Below are positions 35,429-45,350 of a stretch of DNA of 64,000 nt, one piece after another; the first letter of the stretch is position 1; every line of letters begins with the position of its first letter. The stretch spans positions 1 through 64,000 of the IMG/VR virus record IMGVR_UViG_2791355118_000001. The stretch is one strand, 5' to 3'. Made by a program: the position numbers and the translations under genes. Origin of the DNA: a virus. Lineage: Duplodnaviria > Caudoviricetes. The notes beneath the pieces are model-generated. The model saw only the letters and a program-made list of their open reading frames with translations. It had not been told where the DNA came from and did no database searches.

Positions 35429-37002
35429 TCAAGAAACTTTGGGGCGCATTGCGCCGTCGTTGGACATGCGGACCAGTCGCCGACGTCCCTGCGTCGGCGC
35501 CGCCGGCAGCGGTTCCTCCAGGAGCGCGTCCTCCCACGCGCATCTCGGATGCGATGCTGTCGGCGATCCGCGCGCAAGCGGCCGCACCGAAGCAGCCGGT
35601 GCCGGTCTTCACCCTGCCCAAGCACCCGGATGGCGTGCTCCCGTCGGGCAACACGGGGCTTGCCATGGACAGCGCCGTCGGCGCGGTTCAGAGCTGGGCG
35701 AACGCCTTCGCGCTGAGCGGCTACTTCTCGGAGGGGATCACCTTCCTCGGCTACGCCTACCTCTCGGAGCTGGCTCAGCGCCCGGAATACCGGGTGATCT
35801 CCGAGACCATCGCGACCGAGATGACGCGCAAATGGATCCGCTTCACCTCGAACGACGGCGAGGATAAGGCCGACAAGATCGCGGAGCTGGAGGCCGAGTT
35901 CAAGCGCCTCAACGTGCGCGACATCTTTTGCCGCGCCGCCGAGCAGGATGGCTTCTTCGGCCGTGGTCACATCTACATCGACACCGGTGACACTGACGAC
36001 TCGGACGAGCTGCAAAAGCCGATCGGCGACGGCTGGGACAAGCTCAGCGTCACCAAGTTCTCCAAGAAGCCGATCAAGGCGCTGCGCACCGTCGAGGCGG
36101 TCTGGTGCTATCCGACCAACTACAACTCGAGCGATCCGCTCAAGGACAACTGGTATCGGCCCGACAGCTGGTATGTGCAGGCCAAGATCGTCCACACTTC
36201 ACGCCTCATCACGTTGATCGGGCGCGAAGTGCCCGACCTGTTGAAGCCGACCTATTCGTTCGGCGGCTTGTCGCTGTCGCAGATGTGCAAGCCGTATGTC
36301 GACAACTGGCTGGAGACGCGCCAGTCGGTGAACGACATCATCTCGATGTTCAGCGTTTTCCTGCTCGCCACCAATCTCGGCGAGACACTGCAGGCGGATG
36401 GCGACCAGCTCTTTCGGCGCGCTGAACTTTTCAACTTGGTCAGGTCCAATCGCGGCTTGATGATGATCGATAAGGATAGCGAGGACTTCAAGAACGTCGC
36501 GGCTCCGCTCTCCGGGCTCGACGTGCTCCAGGCGCAGGCGCAAGAGCACATGGCGTCGGTGAGCCACATTCCGCTGGTGAAGCTGCTCGGCACGCAGCCA
36601 GCGGGCCTCAACGCCTCATCGGAGGGCGAAATCCAGGTCTTCTACGACTACGTGCACTCGTTCCAGGAACACCTGTTCCGGCAGCCGCTGCACCGCCTTC
36701 TCGGCCTGGTGATGATCTCGCTTTGGGGCGAGACCGACCCCGGCATCGACTTCGAGTTTGAGAAGCTCGAAGAGACCAACGAGAAGGAAGCGGCCGAGGT
36801 TGAAAAGATCAAGGCCGAGCGCGACGTCATCCTGATTGACGGCGGCGTGATCTCGCCCGAGGAATCGCGCCAGCGCGTTGGCGGCGATCCCGACTCTGAC
36901 TTCTCCTCGATCGATGTCGAGGACCTGCCCGACCTTCTCCAAGAGGAGGAGGAAGGCCTGGTGGTCAAGGGCGCGTCGGAGGAACAAAACGAGGCGGCAT
37001 GA
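35425..37002 (+). CDS. Portal protein (DUF1073 family)
   Basis: FLGY.YL.ELAQRPEYR, HIPLVKLLG.QP.GLNASSEGE; follows terL. Confidence 0.9.
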   Translation: MIKKLWGALRRRWTCGPVADVPASAPPAAVPPGARPPTRISDAMLSAIRAQAAAPKQPVPVFTLPKHPDGVLPSGNTGLAMDSAVGAVQSWANAFALSGYFSEGITFLGYAYLSELAQRPEYRVISETIATEMTRKWIRFTSNDGEDKADKIAELEAEFKRLNVRDIFCRAAEQDGFFGRGHIYIDTGDTDDSDELQKPIGDGWDKLSVTKFSKKPIKALRTVEAVWCYPTNYNSSDPLKDNWYRPDSWYVQAKIVHTSRLITLIGREVPDLLKPTYSFGGLSLSQMCKPYVDNWLETRQSVNDIISMFSVFLLATNLGETLQADGDQLFRRAELFNLVRSNRGLMMIDKDSEDFKNVAAPLSGLDVLQAQAQEHMASVSHIPLVKLLGTQPAGLNASSEGEIQVFYDYVHSFQEHLFRQPLHRLLGLVMISLWGETDPGIDFEFEKLEETNEKEAAEVEKIKAERDVILIDGGVISPEESRQRVGGDPDSDFSSIDVEDLPDLLQEEEEGLVVKGASEEQNEAA

Positions 37003-37272
37003 GCGAGGGCCCGCGAAATCCGGCTTCGGCTGGTCGAGCTGGTGGGCGCAAGCACGTCGGGCGAGATAGACCCCGACAAGTTCTTCAAAACCGTTCTCGT
37101 GTTGGAACGGTTTATCTGGGATGCAGGTGTTGCCAAGCCCGAGGAGCCGGCAGATAGTGCGGCTCCCGCCAGGATAACGCCGGCACCGCTTGATCACGCT
37201 CAACCTCTGGGAACTCCTCAAAGCACAGACGCCCGACGATCGCGAGATCGCCGAGACGCTGAGGGATCGTGA
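36999..37272 (+). pseudogene. Small gene, probably frameshifted near its start
   Basis: ATG 36999 overlaps the portal stop but is one base out of frame with REIRLRLVELVG...FIWD; removing one base near 37008 restores MSEAREIRL. Confidence 0.45.
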
Positions 37273-38093
37273 TGTCCAGCCTGCAAAGTCGTCGGACGGC
37301 CAAGCGCAACGAAAAGGTGCTTCGCCCCGTCCGGCCCAACGTCGGGATTGAGACGGCCTATGGGGGCCGGCTGACGCGCTTGATCGACGTCATGAGCGAC
37401 AGCGTGATCTACTGGCTCAAAGCCTCCTACCGGGCCAATACGCCCCGCTTGGCGCAGGACGAGACGCCGGCGGATGCGCTGCGCCGAGCGATCCGCAAGC
37501 TTGCCGCGCAGTGGATCAAGCGCTTCGACGTCGCGTCCGAGCAGCTGGGCGACTATTTCGCGCTCTCGGTCGAGAAACGTTCGAGCGCGGCGCTACGCAA
37601 GATCCTGCGCGATGGCGGCATCTCGGTCGAGTTCAAGATGACGGCGGCGATGCGCGACGTTGTCGACGCGACGATCCACGCCAATGTGGCGCTGATCAAG
37701 TCGATCCCATCTCAGTATTTCGACCAGGTCGAAGGCGCGGTGATGAGGTCGGTCCAGACCGGCCGCGACCTCGCCGGCCTCGTGCAGGACCTGGAGCGCT
37801 ATTCCGGGATCACGAAGCGCCGCGCCGCGTTCATCGCGCTCGACCAGAACAACAAGGCGACATCGGCCTTCAACACGGCGCGCCAGCTGGAACTCGGTAT
37901 CGATGAAGCTGAGTGGCACCACAGCGGCGGCGGCAAGGAACCTCGGCCCACGCATGTACAGGCCGGCCGTGAGAAGGTCCGCTACAAGATTTCGACCGGC
38001 TGGTATGACCCGGCCGTCAAGCGTTTCATCCGGCCGGGCGAGGAACCCGGTTGCCGATGCGTCGGGAAGCCGATCATCAAGGGCTTCTCCTAA
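37269..38093 (+). CDS. Minor head protein (Mu gpF / SPP1 gp7-like)
   Basis: RA.FIA.DQNNKA, W.HS.GG..PRPTH, PGEEPGCRC. Confidence 0.88.
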   Translation: MMSSLQSRRTAKRNEKVLRPVRPNVGIETAYGGRLTRLIDVMSDSVIYWLKASYRANTPRLAQDETPADALRRAIRKLAAQWIKRFDVASEQLGDYFALSVEKRSSAALRKILRDGGISVEFKMTAAMRDVVDATIHANVALIKSIPSQYFDQVEGAVMRSVQTGRDLAGLVQDLERYSGITKRRAAFIALDQNNKATSAFNTARQLELGIDEAEWHHSGGGKEPRPTHVQAGREKVRYKISTGWYDPAVKRFIRPGEEPGCRCVGKPIIKGFS

Positions 38094-38097
38094 GGAA

Positions 38098-38127
38098 AAG
38101 CGCGTGATCGTACGGGATCACGCGCTT
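38098..38127. terminator. Hairpin terminator between convergent genes
   Basis: AAGCGCGTGATC-GTACGG-GATCACGCGCTT with adjacent A-run. Confidence 0.7.
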
Positions 38128-38148
38128 CAGTGCGCCCGTTTTGCCGGT

Positions 38149-38400
38149 TCAGCGTCTGAACATTCGGGCAACGGCGATCAAAATACATGCGCCAATGAAG
38201 CCGGCGACGAGATAGCCAAGCCATCCGGTCAATGATACGCCCAGCAATCCGAGAAGGAGGTTAGCGACGATGGCGCCGACAACCCCCAAAAGGATGTTCA
38301 TGAGCACGCCCATATTGCTCTTCATGAACATCTCGGCGAGCCAGCCGGCGATCCCGCCGATGACGATAGCCGCTATCCAACCGACACCTGCAGTTTCCAT
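38149..38400 (-). CDS. GlsB/YeaQ/YmgE family stress-response membrane protein (moron)
   Basis: GWIAAIVIGGIAGWLA...NILLGVVGA...AGFIGACILI. Confidence 0.9.
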   Translation of the reverse strand: METAGVGWIAAIVIGGIAGWLAEMFMKSNMGVLMNILLGVVGAIVANLLLGLLGVSLTGWLGYLVAGFIGACILIAVARMFRR

Positions 38401-38507
38401 GTTTCCCCTTTCCTAGAACCGAAATTGGTTCGGCGGGAAAACGTGCGGTAAACGAATAAAGTTCCTCGGGTGCGTGTGTGAACGGTCGCCGTGCTCTCGA
38501 TAACGGC

Positions 38508-38822
38508 TCAGGCGGCAGCATGCAGCGTCGGGATGGCCTCGATCTCGGCGCTGAGGGCCTTCTCGGCCTGCTCCAGATCATAGTTGCGCTGGAGGTTGAG
38601 CCAGAGCACCGGACCGTTGCCGACCAGCTTTCCAATGCGGAGAGCCATCGCGACCGTGATGGGCTGCTTTTCGTCCAGGATGTCGTAGAGCGTGCGGCGC
38701 GAAATGCCGAGCAGCTTCGCGATCTCCGACTTCGGCTTGTCGAGCGCCGGAAGCACGTCTTCGCGCAGAAGCTCGCCGGGATGCATTGCGGGCAGGCTGC
38801 GCTTGATGTGTGGAGTGTTCAT
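38508..38822 (-). CDS. higA: HigA antitoxin
   Basis: HPGELLREDVL...IT..MALRI......P..WLNLQ..YDL. Confidence 0.92.
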   Translation of the reverse strand: MNTPHIKRSLPAMHPGELLREDVLPALDKPKSEIAKLLGISRRTLYDILDEKQPITVAMALRIGKLVGNGPVLWLNLQRNYDLEQAEKALSAEIEAIPTLHAAA

Positions 38823-39100
38823 CAGTGGTAATCCTCTAGATGGATGTCGGTAGCGTCTTCGCCGTCCCAACCGAAGGTGATGCGCCAGTTTCCGGTCACC
38901 CGAACAGAATAGCGGCCTTTGTCTTGGCCGGCGAGTCCGTGGAAATGATAGCCGGGCAGGTCCATGTCCTGAGGCCGCGCTGCCGCTTCCAGAGCCCGCA
39001 AGATGCGAGCGACACGCTTGTCATCCTGAACGCTAAGGCCGCGTGCTTTGCCGGTCTCGAAGAAGCGTTGCAGGGCCTTCCTTTTGAATGACTTGATCAT
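38822..39100 (-). CDS. higB: HigB (RelE-fold) toxin
   Basis: MIKSFK.KAL..FF..G...PG..FH.L.G...G.YS.RV.GNWRITF...DYH; upstream of the antitoxin. Confidence 0.92.
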   Translation of the reverse strand: MIKSFKRKALQRFFETGKARGLSVQDDKRVARILRALEAAARPQDMDLPGYHFHGLAGQDKGRYSVRVTGNWRITFGWDGEDATDIHLEDYH

Positions 39101-39108
39101 GCCGAAAG

Positions 39109-39160
39109 TGTAAGGCGCTGCCTCACATAAGTCAACCAGAATGTGAGGCTACGCCTTACA
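39109..39160. promoter_or_regulatory. Two palindromic operators (TGTRAGGC-N3-GCCTYACA) in the higBA promoter
   Basis: 39109-39127 and 39142-39160 flank minus-strand TTGACT (39130-39135). Confidence 0.75.
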
Positions 39161-39181
39161 GTTTAACGGAAAGTCTGACCG

Positions 39182-41173
39182 ATGCCAGCCACCTCTGAGG
39201 CCCAGCGCCGCGCCATGTACGCAGCGGCCGAGGGTCGGGGCGTGCTCGGCATCCCGAAGGCGGTCGCAGAAGAGTTCATCGGCAAGGACAGCGCGGGCCA
39301 GGCGGCCTCGTTGATGCTGGTCGCCCCCGATGGCGACGTCCTGGTGCTCAGGCGCTCGTCGACCGACACCAGCTGGCCCGGCCATTGGTGCTGGCCCGGT
39401 GGCAAGTCGGACGAGGGCGAAACGGCACTCCAGACCGCCCAGCGCGAGACCGAGGAAGAAGCCACGGGACCTGAGCTGTTCCTGGAGACCGGCCCCGCTC
39501 AGCTGCTCGACGTGCGCCCGACGCCGCAAGGCTGGCTGCACTACACCTATGCCCAGCCGGTGGTCGAAAAGTTCGCGCCGAAGCTGTCGGCCGAGCATTC
39601 CGGCTATGCCTGGGCTCCCCTGCGCTCGCTGCCCGAGCCGCTGCATCCCAGCCTGCGCGACATGCTGGGCGAGCGGCTTGGTATCGCGGCCGACATGTCG
39701 GCCGAAGCATGGGACTCGCTGCGGTCCAACTTCGTGAAGTGGACGAGGGGCGAAGACATCGTGATCGAGGGCGCTTGCCCGATTTGCGGCGGCACCGGTG
39801 AAGTCGCTGGATCTGGGATCGTGTGCGACGAATGCCGCGGCGCGGGCGCGGTGGCGCAGGCCAAAGACGCCCTCGCCATGGATCGCAACAGCGTGCGCTC
39901 GTTCGACCAGGACGGCCATCTGCGCGTCGAGATGACGCCGATCTCGAAGGCCAACATCTGCCCCTACTATGGCCGCGAGATCCCGGGCTTCGAGGCGCTG
40001 GGGCTCGATCCCGAGCGCATCTATCGCCTCTACCGCGATGCGGACGAGCTCGCGAAAGCCGCCCCGACCTTCGTCGGCAAGCCGCTCTTGCTCAAGCACA
40101 TTCCGATCAGCGCCAAGGAGCACCCGCGCGAAGCCGTGGTCGGCGCGCTCGGCGACGCCGTCGAGTTCCATGCCCCGTATCTCATGGCGCCGCTCAGCAT
40201 CTGGGACGGCGCTGCAATCGCGCTGATCGAATCCGATCGGCAGAAAGAACTTTCGAGCAGCTATCGCTACCGGGCCGACATGACGCCCGGCAGGCTGGCT
40301 GGAGAATCCTATGACGGCGTGATGCGGGACATTTCCGCCAATCACGTCGCCTTGGTTGAGGAAGGCCGCGCCGGGCCTGATGTTGTTGTCGGCGACAGCA
40401 AAATGGAGATCATCACGATGAAGAAAACAGCACTGCTGTCGCGCATGGCGTCCGTCGCCCACGGCGCGATCCTTGCCCACGTCATGCCCAAGCTCGCCAG
40501 CGATCAGAAGATCGAATTCAGCGCGGCTCTCGCGGGAGTTACCGCCGAAAACTTCAAGGCCAAGCGCCCGGCCATCCTCAAGGCAGTCGGCAAGGCCGCC
40601 GAGGGCAAGCTCTCCGCCGACGAGAAGCTCGACGGTCTCGAGGCGGTTCTCGTCGCGCTCGACGAGGTCGAGGTCCAGGAAGCGATGGACGAAGACGACG
40701 AGGAGGAGGAGGACAAGAAAAAGAAAGCCGAGGACTCCGAAGAGGAGGAGGACGAGGACGAGAAGAAGAAAAAGGCCGAGGACGGCGACGAGGACGATGA
40801 TGACAAGGTCGACAAGAAGGCCATGGACGCGGCAATCGCCGCGGCTGTGGCGCAGGCCAAGACCGAGGTCCGCGCCGAGATGCTCAAGTCGGCCGCCGAA
40901 GTGCGCGCCGCCGAGGAGGCCGTTCGTCCCTACATCGGCAAGCTCGCCATGGCCCATGATAACGCGGATGCCGTCTATCGCACCGCGCTCACCTCACTCG
41001 GCGTCAACATCGATGGTGTCCATCCCTCGGCACTGCCGGCCATTCTCAAGGCCCAGCCGCTACCTAGCGTCGGCGCACCGAAGAAGCCGGTCGTCGCCCT
41101 GGACGCTGCCGGGGTGAACTCGTTCTACGAACTTTTCCCAGCCGCCAAGACCCACATCGTCAAGTCGCTCTAA
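39182..41173 (+). CDS. Nudix + CxxCxGxG Zn finger + DUF2213 head maturation protease/scaffold fusion
   Basis: PGGKSDEGETALQTAQRETEEE Nudix box; CPICGGTG..CDECRGAG; ISKANICPYYG, ELSSSY, NHVALVEEGRAG; acidic scaffold tail. Confidence 0.9.
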   Translation: MPATSEAQRRAMYAAAEGRGVLGIPKAVAEEFIGKDSAGQAASLMLVAPDGDVLVLRRSSTDTSWPGHWCWPGGKSDEGETALQTAQRETEEEATGPELFLETGPAQLLDVRPTPQGWLHYTYAQPVVEKFAPKLSAEHSGYAWAPLRSLPEPLHPSLRDMLGERLGIAADMSAEAWDSLRSNFVKWTRGEDIVIEGACPICGGTGEVAGSGIVCDECRGAGAVAQAKDALAMDRNSVRSFDQDGHLRVEMTPISKANICPYYGREIPGFEALGLDPERIYRLYRDADELAKAAPTFVGKPLLLKHIPISAKEHPREAVVGALGDAVEFHAPYLMAPLSIWDGAAIALIESDRQKELSSSYRYRADMTPGRLAGESYDGVMRDISANHVALVEEGRAGPDVVVGDSKMEIITMKKTALLSRMASVAHGAILAHVMPKLASDQKIEFSAALAGVTAENFKAKRPAILKAVGKAAEGKLSADEKLDGLEAVLVALDEVEVQEAMDEDDEEEEDKKKKAEDSEEEEDEDEKKKKAEDGDEDDDDKVDKKAMDAAIAAAVAQAKTEVRAEMLKSAAEVRAAEEAVRPYIGKLAMAHDNADAVYRTALTSLGVNIDGVHPSALPAILKAQPLPSVGAPKKPVVALDAAGVNSFYELFPAAKTHIVKSL

Positions 41174-41202
41174 GGCGAGCGGCTTCCCCTTCCAAGCCCG
41201 TC

Positions 41203-41228
41203 GAGCCGGCCAGCGAGCCGGCTCTTTT
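41203..41228 (+). terminator. Intrinsic terminator-like hairpin
   Basis: GAGCCGGC-CAGCGA-GCCGGCTC-TTTT. Confidence 0.6.
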
Positions 41229-41245
41229 CATTTAGGAGATCGCCC

Positions 41246-42196
41246 ATGTCTGGGTTTCAGACGCAGGTTGCCTACAATCCCGCCCCCGCTGTCGAGGGCG
41301 ATTTCGCTTCCACCAACCCTCGCTCTACAGTCCTTGCCGCCGCTGGCGCGCTGGTCTGCGGCGCGCTAGGTGCTGTCATCGGCCGCTTCGCCTGGCTGAA
41401 TTATGCCCTAGCCGACAGCGACAATGCGCCGGCCGTGGTCAACACCTTCGGCACCGGCCCGGTTGCCGGCTTCGTCCATCGCGAACAACAGGGCCTCATC
41501 GAGCAGTATCTGCAAGAATCAACCATGCTGGTTCCTGCAGGCTTCCCGATCACCATCTTCGATGCGGGCGATTTCTGGGTGAAGAACAACGGCGCTACGC
41601 CGGCGCAGTATGGCATGAAGGTCTATGCCAACTACGCGGATGGAACGGCAACCGCCGCGCCCACCGGCACGCCAAATGGCGCGACCGCTTCTGCAGGCTC
41701 TATCGCGGCCGCTACCAGTGGCCTCGTCGGCTCGATCAACGGTAATGTATTGGCCGTCACCGCGCTCAATTCCGGCACGATCTATCCCGGCACAACGATC
41801 TCGGGCACCGACGTCGTCTCCGGCACCAAGATCGTACAGCAGCTCACTGGCACCCCCGGCGGTGTGGGCACGTATGCAGTCAACATCCCCGACCAGGACG
41901 TCGACCCCGGTACAGTGATTTCCGGCAACTATGGCGTGTTCACGGCGGGCGGCGCGATCGCAGGCGTCTTCGGCGTCGGCGACACGCTGACCGGGGCTGG
42001 CATCACCGCCGTCACCACGATCACCCAACAGCTCAGCGGCCCGGCCGGCGGCGCTGGCACCTATGCCGTCGATGTCAACACCGTCGTCAACGCGGCGGCG
42101 CTCACCGCGGCCACCAATGTCGAGACCAAGTGGACCGTGCGTTCCTTCGCGCAGCCCGGCGAGCTGATGAAGATCAGCTCTTGGCCTCAGGGCTAA
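41246..42196 (+). CDS. Head decoration/cement protein with two inserted repeat modules
   Basis: FQTQV...PAPAVEGDFASTNP...GDFWV; located between protease and capsid genes. Confidence 0.75.
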   Translation: MSGFQTQVAYNPAPAVEGDFASTNPRSTVLAAAGALVCGALGAVIGRFAWLNYALADSDNAPAVVNTFGTGPVAGFVHREQQGLIEQYLQESTMLVPAGFPITIFDAGDFWVKNNGATPAQYGMKVYANYADGTATAAPTGTPNGATASAGSIAAATSGLVGSINGNVLAVTALNSGTIYPGTTISGTDVVSGTKIVQQLTGTPGGVGTYAVNIPDQDVDPGTVISGNYGVFTAGGAIAGVFGVGDTLTGAGITAVTTITQQLSGPAGGAGTYAVDVNTVVNAAALTAATNVETKWTVRSFAQPGELMKISSWPQG

Positions 42197-42256
42197 ACCC
42201 GCCCGTCAATCTCGAAACCATGCGCCGCAAGCCGGCGATCTGCGAGGATAACCACC

Positions 42257-43351
42257 ATGAAATTTCACGACTTCGATCAGGCCGCTGCGGCGTGGGCTCA
42301 GCATCGCTCGATGTTCGAGCAGGCCGGTATCTACCTTCCCGATGCACGCGCATACATCGTCGAGGCGTTCCGCACCAATCACCTCGCGATGGATGCACAA
42401 CCTCAGCTAGCGACAGCACCGAACGCCGGCATTCCGGCGTTCCTCACCACGCTTGTGGATCCTGAGGTCTACCGCATCCTTTTCGCCCCAACCAAAGCTG
42501 CCGAAATCTTCGGCGAAATTCGAAAGGGCACCTGGATCGACCAGACGGCGATGTTCCCCGTCGTCGAGCAGACCGGCGAAGTGTCGAGCTATGGCGACTA
42601 CAACGACAACGGCCGAGCCGGCGCCAACATGAATTGGCCGCAGCGCCAGTCGTATCTGTTCCAGACGATTTCCGAGTATGGCGAACTGGAGATCGAGCGC
42701 GCCGGCCTTGGCCGCGTCAATTGGGTTGGCGAAGTGGATGGCGCCGGCGTCACCGTGCTCGCACGATTCCTCAACACGACCTACTTCAAGGGCGTGCAGG
42801 GTTTGCAGAACTATGGCCTTCTCAACGACCCGAACCTGGCGGCTCCGATCACCCCGGCGCCGAAGGCTTACGGCGGTGTGAAATGGATCAACAACGGCCA
42901 GATCGTCGCCACCGCGAATGAGATCTATTCCGACCTCCAGTCACTGTGGCTGCAGCTCGTTACCCAGACAGCCGGCCTGGTCGACCAGAACACCAAGATG
43001 ACACTGGCCATGTCGCCGGAATCGCAGCTTGCCATGACCGCGACCAATTCGTTCAACGTCAATGTCGAGGACCTGCTCAAGAAAAACTTCCCGAACCTTC
43101 GCGTCGTTTCAGCGGTGCAATATAGGGCGAAGACAGCGATCAACCCGACGGGCATATCAGCCGGCAACGTGGTTCAGTTCATTGCCGACGGCATCGATGG
43201 TCAGCAGACCGGCTATTGTGCGTTCAACGAAAAGCTCCGCGCTCATCCAATCGTGCGCGCGCTCTCCTCATGGAAGAAGAAAATGTCCAGCGGCACCTGG
43301 GGTGCGATCATCCGCCAGCCGATGGGCATCTCTCAGATGCTGGGCGTCTAA
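42257..43351 (+). CDS. Major capsid protein (DUF2184-type)
   Basis: AMDAQP..., YGDY, YGLLNDPNL, TWGAIIRQP. Confidence 0.9.
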   Translation: MKFHDFDQAAAAWAQHRSMFEQAGIYLPDARAYIVEAFRTNHLAMDAQPQLATAPNAGIPAFLTTLVDPEVYRILFAPTKAAEIFGEIRKGTWIDQTAMFPVVEQTGEVSSYGDYNDNGRAGANMNWPQRQSYLFQTISEYGELEIERAGLGRVNWVGEVDGAGVTVLARFLNTTYFKGVQGLQNYGLLNDPNLAAPITPAPKAYGGVKWINNGQIVATANEIYSDLQSLWLQLVTQTAGLVDQNTKMTLAMSPESQLAMTATNSFNVNVEDLLKKNFPNLRVVSAVQYRAKTAINPTGISAGNVVQFIADGIDGQQTGYCAFNEKLRAHPIVRALSSWKKKMSSGTWGAIIRQPMGISQMLGV

Positions 43352-43405
43352 CGATCCTACAACGCTTGGTGCCGGATCGTAACCGTTCTGGCACCAAAGC
43401 GTGAA

Positions 43406-43436
43406 GCGGGGTGGAGCAGCCCGGTAGCCCGCCTGG
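43406..43436 (+). pseudogene. 5' remnant of an initiator tRNA-Met-like gene
   Basis: GCGGGGTGGAGCAGCCCGGTAGC matches the tRNA-fMet acceptor strand and D-arm; no CAT anticodon or T-arm follows. Confidence 0.6.
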
Positions 43437-43556
43437 TCGAATCGGACCCCAGGCTGCGCGAAACTCGGCCACGGCTAGGAAGACGGGAACCATGCGGGCA
43501 TTCGGCGGTTTACCGTTCACCCATGCTGAAGGTCGGTTGTTTGGGCCGCGGGGTGC

Positions 43557-44986
43557 GTGCCGGCCATGTGCCGGAGGCCACGCGTGCAAAACGGTGACAA
43601 ACAAGACGAAAAAGGCGAAGGTCAGCGGCCGCTCAGTGATAGCGACCTGTTGCAGCTCATCTTTGACAGCGCGACCGACTTTGCGATCTTCACCATGGAT
43701 CCCAACGGCATCACCACGAGCTGGAACGTGGGTGCCGAGCGCGTGCTCGGCTATGCCGATGAGGAGATCATCGGGAAGTCTGCCGATGTAGCCTTTCCTC
43801 CCGAGGAGGGCGGAACGAGCGCAGCCGCGGAGGAGCGCCGGATCGCACTCGCGGAAGGGCGAGCCGAGGACGAGCGCTGGCAGATGAAGAAGGACGGCAC
43901 GCGGTTCTGGGCGTCGGGGCTGATGATGCCGCTCGGGGACAGAACCCGAGGTTACGTCAAAATCCTACGCGACCGGACCGCCCAGCACCGTGCTGAAGTG
44001 CAGCTTCAGCAGAGCGAAGAGTTATTCCGGCTCCTCGCAACCAATATCCCGCAGCTAGTCTTCCGCTCGAAGGTGAACGGTGACCGGACGTGGGGTAGTC
44101 CACAGTCACGGGCTTGGCCTTTGCCGAGAGCGTCGGCTTCGGCTGGCTCGATGCCGTCCATCCTGAGGATCACGACGCGACGATGACGGCATGGGCTGAG
44201 GCGCCGAGCAAAGGCGAATACTATTGCGAGCACCGCATCCGCCGATCGGCCGATGGCGAGTATCGCTGGCACCAGACCCGTGCCGCCCCCCTGGACGACG
44301 CCGGCGGGGCCGCACTCGAATGGGTCGGAACCTCCTCCGACATCCATGACCTGCGCACGCTCAAAGACCAGCAGAAGGTGCTTTTGGCCGAGCTTCAGCA
44401 CCGCACGCGCAACCTGATTGCGGTCGTCCAATCACTCGCACGGCAGACGATGCGGTCAAGCGCGTCGCTGGAGGAGTTTGCGGAGGATTACGAGAGCCGG
44501 TTACGCGCGCTTTCGCGCGTCCAAGGATTGCTCGCGCGCGCCGACCATCAGCCGATCGACCTGCGCGAACTGATCCAAGGCGAGCTCCACGCGCACGGCG
44601 ACGGAAGCGTGGACGGGGGCAACGTCACGATCGAAGGCCCCGCGACCTCGTTGCCGGCCATCTCCGCGCAATCCGTAGCGCTCGCGCTGCACGAACTCGC
44701 GACGAACGCGGTGAAGTACGGCGCTCTTCACCAACCGTCGGGCCGGCTCACCGTCAGGTGGAACATAGAGCACGACGGGTCGAAGCCACGCGCGAGACTT
44801 GAATGGCGCGAGAGCGGCGTCACCATGCCGGAGGGCGGACCCACGCGGAGGGGCTACGGCAGCGAACTGATCGAGCGGGCGCTTCCCTACCAGCTCGGCG
44901 CTAAGACGAAGTTCGAGTTCGGATCGGACGGGGTGCGCTGCGAGATCGTCGTACCGGTGACCAAGGATGAGAAGCAATATGGATGA
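43557..44986 (+). pseudogene. PAS-PAS-HWE histidine kinase split by a frameshift near 44105
   Basis: PAS motifs (SWNVGAER..GY, KDGTRFW; W..AVHPED, DGEYRW), ELQHRTRNL, LHELATNA.KYGAL, WRE; frame changes between GSPQ and TGLAF. Confidence 0.85.
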
Positions 44987-45350
44987 GCCGCAACCCGATG
45001 CCCTGCGGGGCCGCCGTCTTCTTGTGGTTGAGGACGAGTACATGATCGCTGCTGACCTCGCCCGCGATCTGGAAGACAGAGGCGCGAACGTAATCGGCCC
45101 GGTGGGCTCAATCGAGGATGCGCTTGAGCTGCTCGGGGCGGAAGACCGGATCGACGGCGCCGTGCTCGACCTCAACCTGCGCGGCGAACGCGCCTTCCCT
45201 ATCGCGGACGCGCTTCGCGAACGTGAAGTGCCCTTCATCTTTGCCACGGGTTACGATGCCTGGTCCATTCCTGAAGCGTACGCCGAAGTGCCGCGCATCG
45301 AGAAGCCGATCGACACCCGAGCGCTCGCACGCCTTCTATCGCTGGGCTAG
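44979..45350 (+). CDS. Single-domain response regulator receiver
   Basis: LVVEDE, AVLDLNL, FATGY, EKP. Confidence 0.9.
   Translation: MDEPQPDALRGRRLLVVEDEYMIAADLARDLEDRGANVIGPVGSIEDALELLGAEDRIDGAVLDLNLRGERAFPIADALREREVPFIFATGYDAWSIPEAYAEVPRIEKPIDTRALARLLSLG

Noticed and set aside
35425-37002. Anti-CBASS Acb1 function for the DUF1073 protein
   Set aside because: Position and length fit a plain portal; no additional phosphoesterase domain with paired HxT motifs is evident.
40684-40812. GAG/GAC/AAG-rich low-complexity repeat
   Set aside because: Encodes the ordinary acidic/Lys linker of the scaffold region.
43379-43395. Additional 17-bp operator after the capsid gene
   Set aside because: The right half is degenerate and the sequence is part of a hairpin; not counted.
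43406-43480. Functional tRNA gene or att core
   Set aside because: Only the 5' third matches; no anticodon, T-arm or CCA; att duplications normally involve 3' ends at prophage borders.
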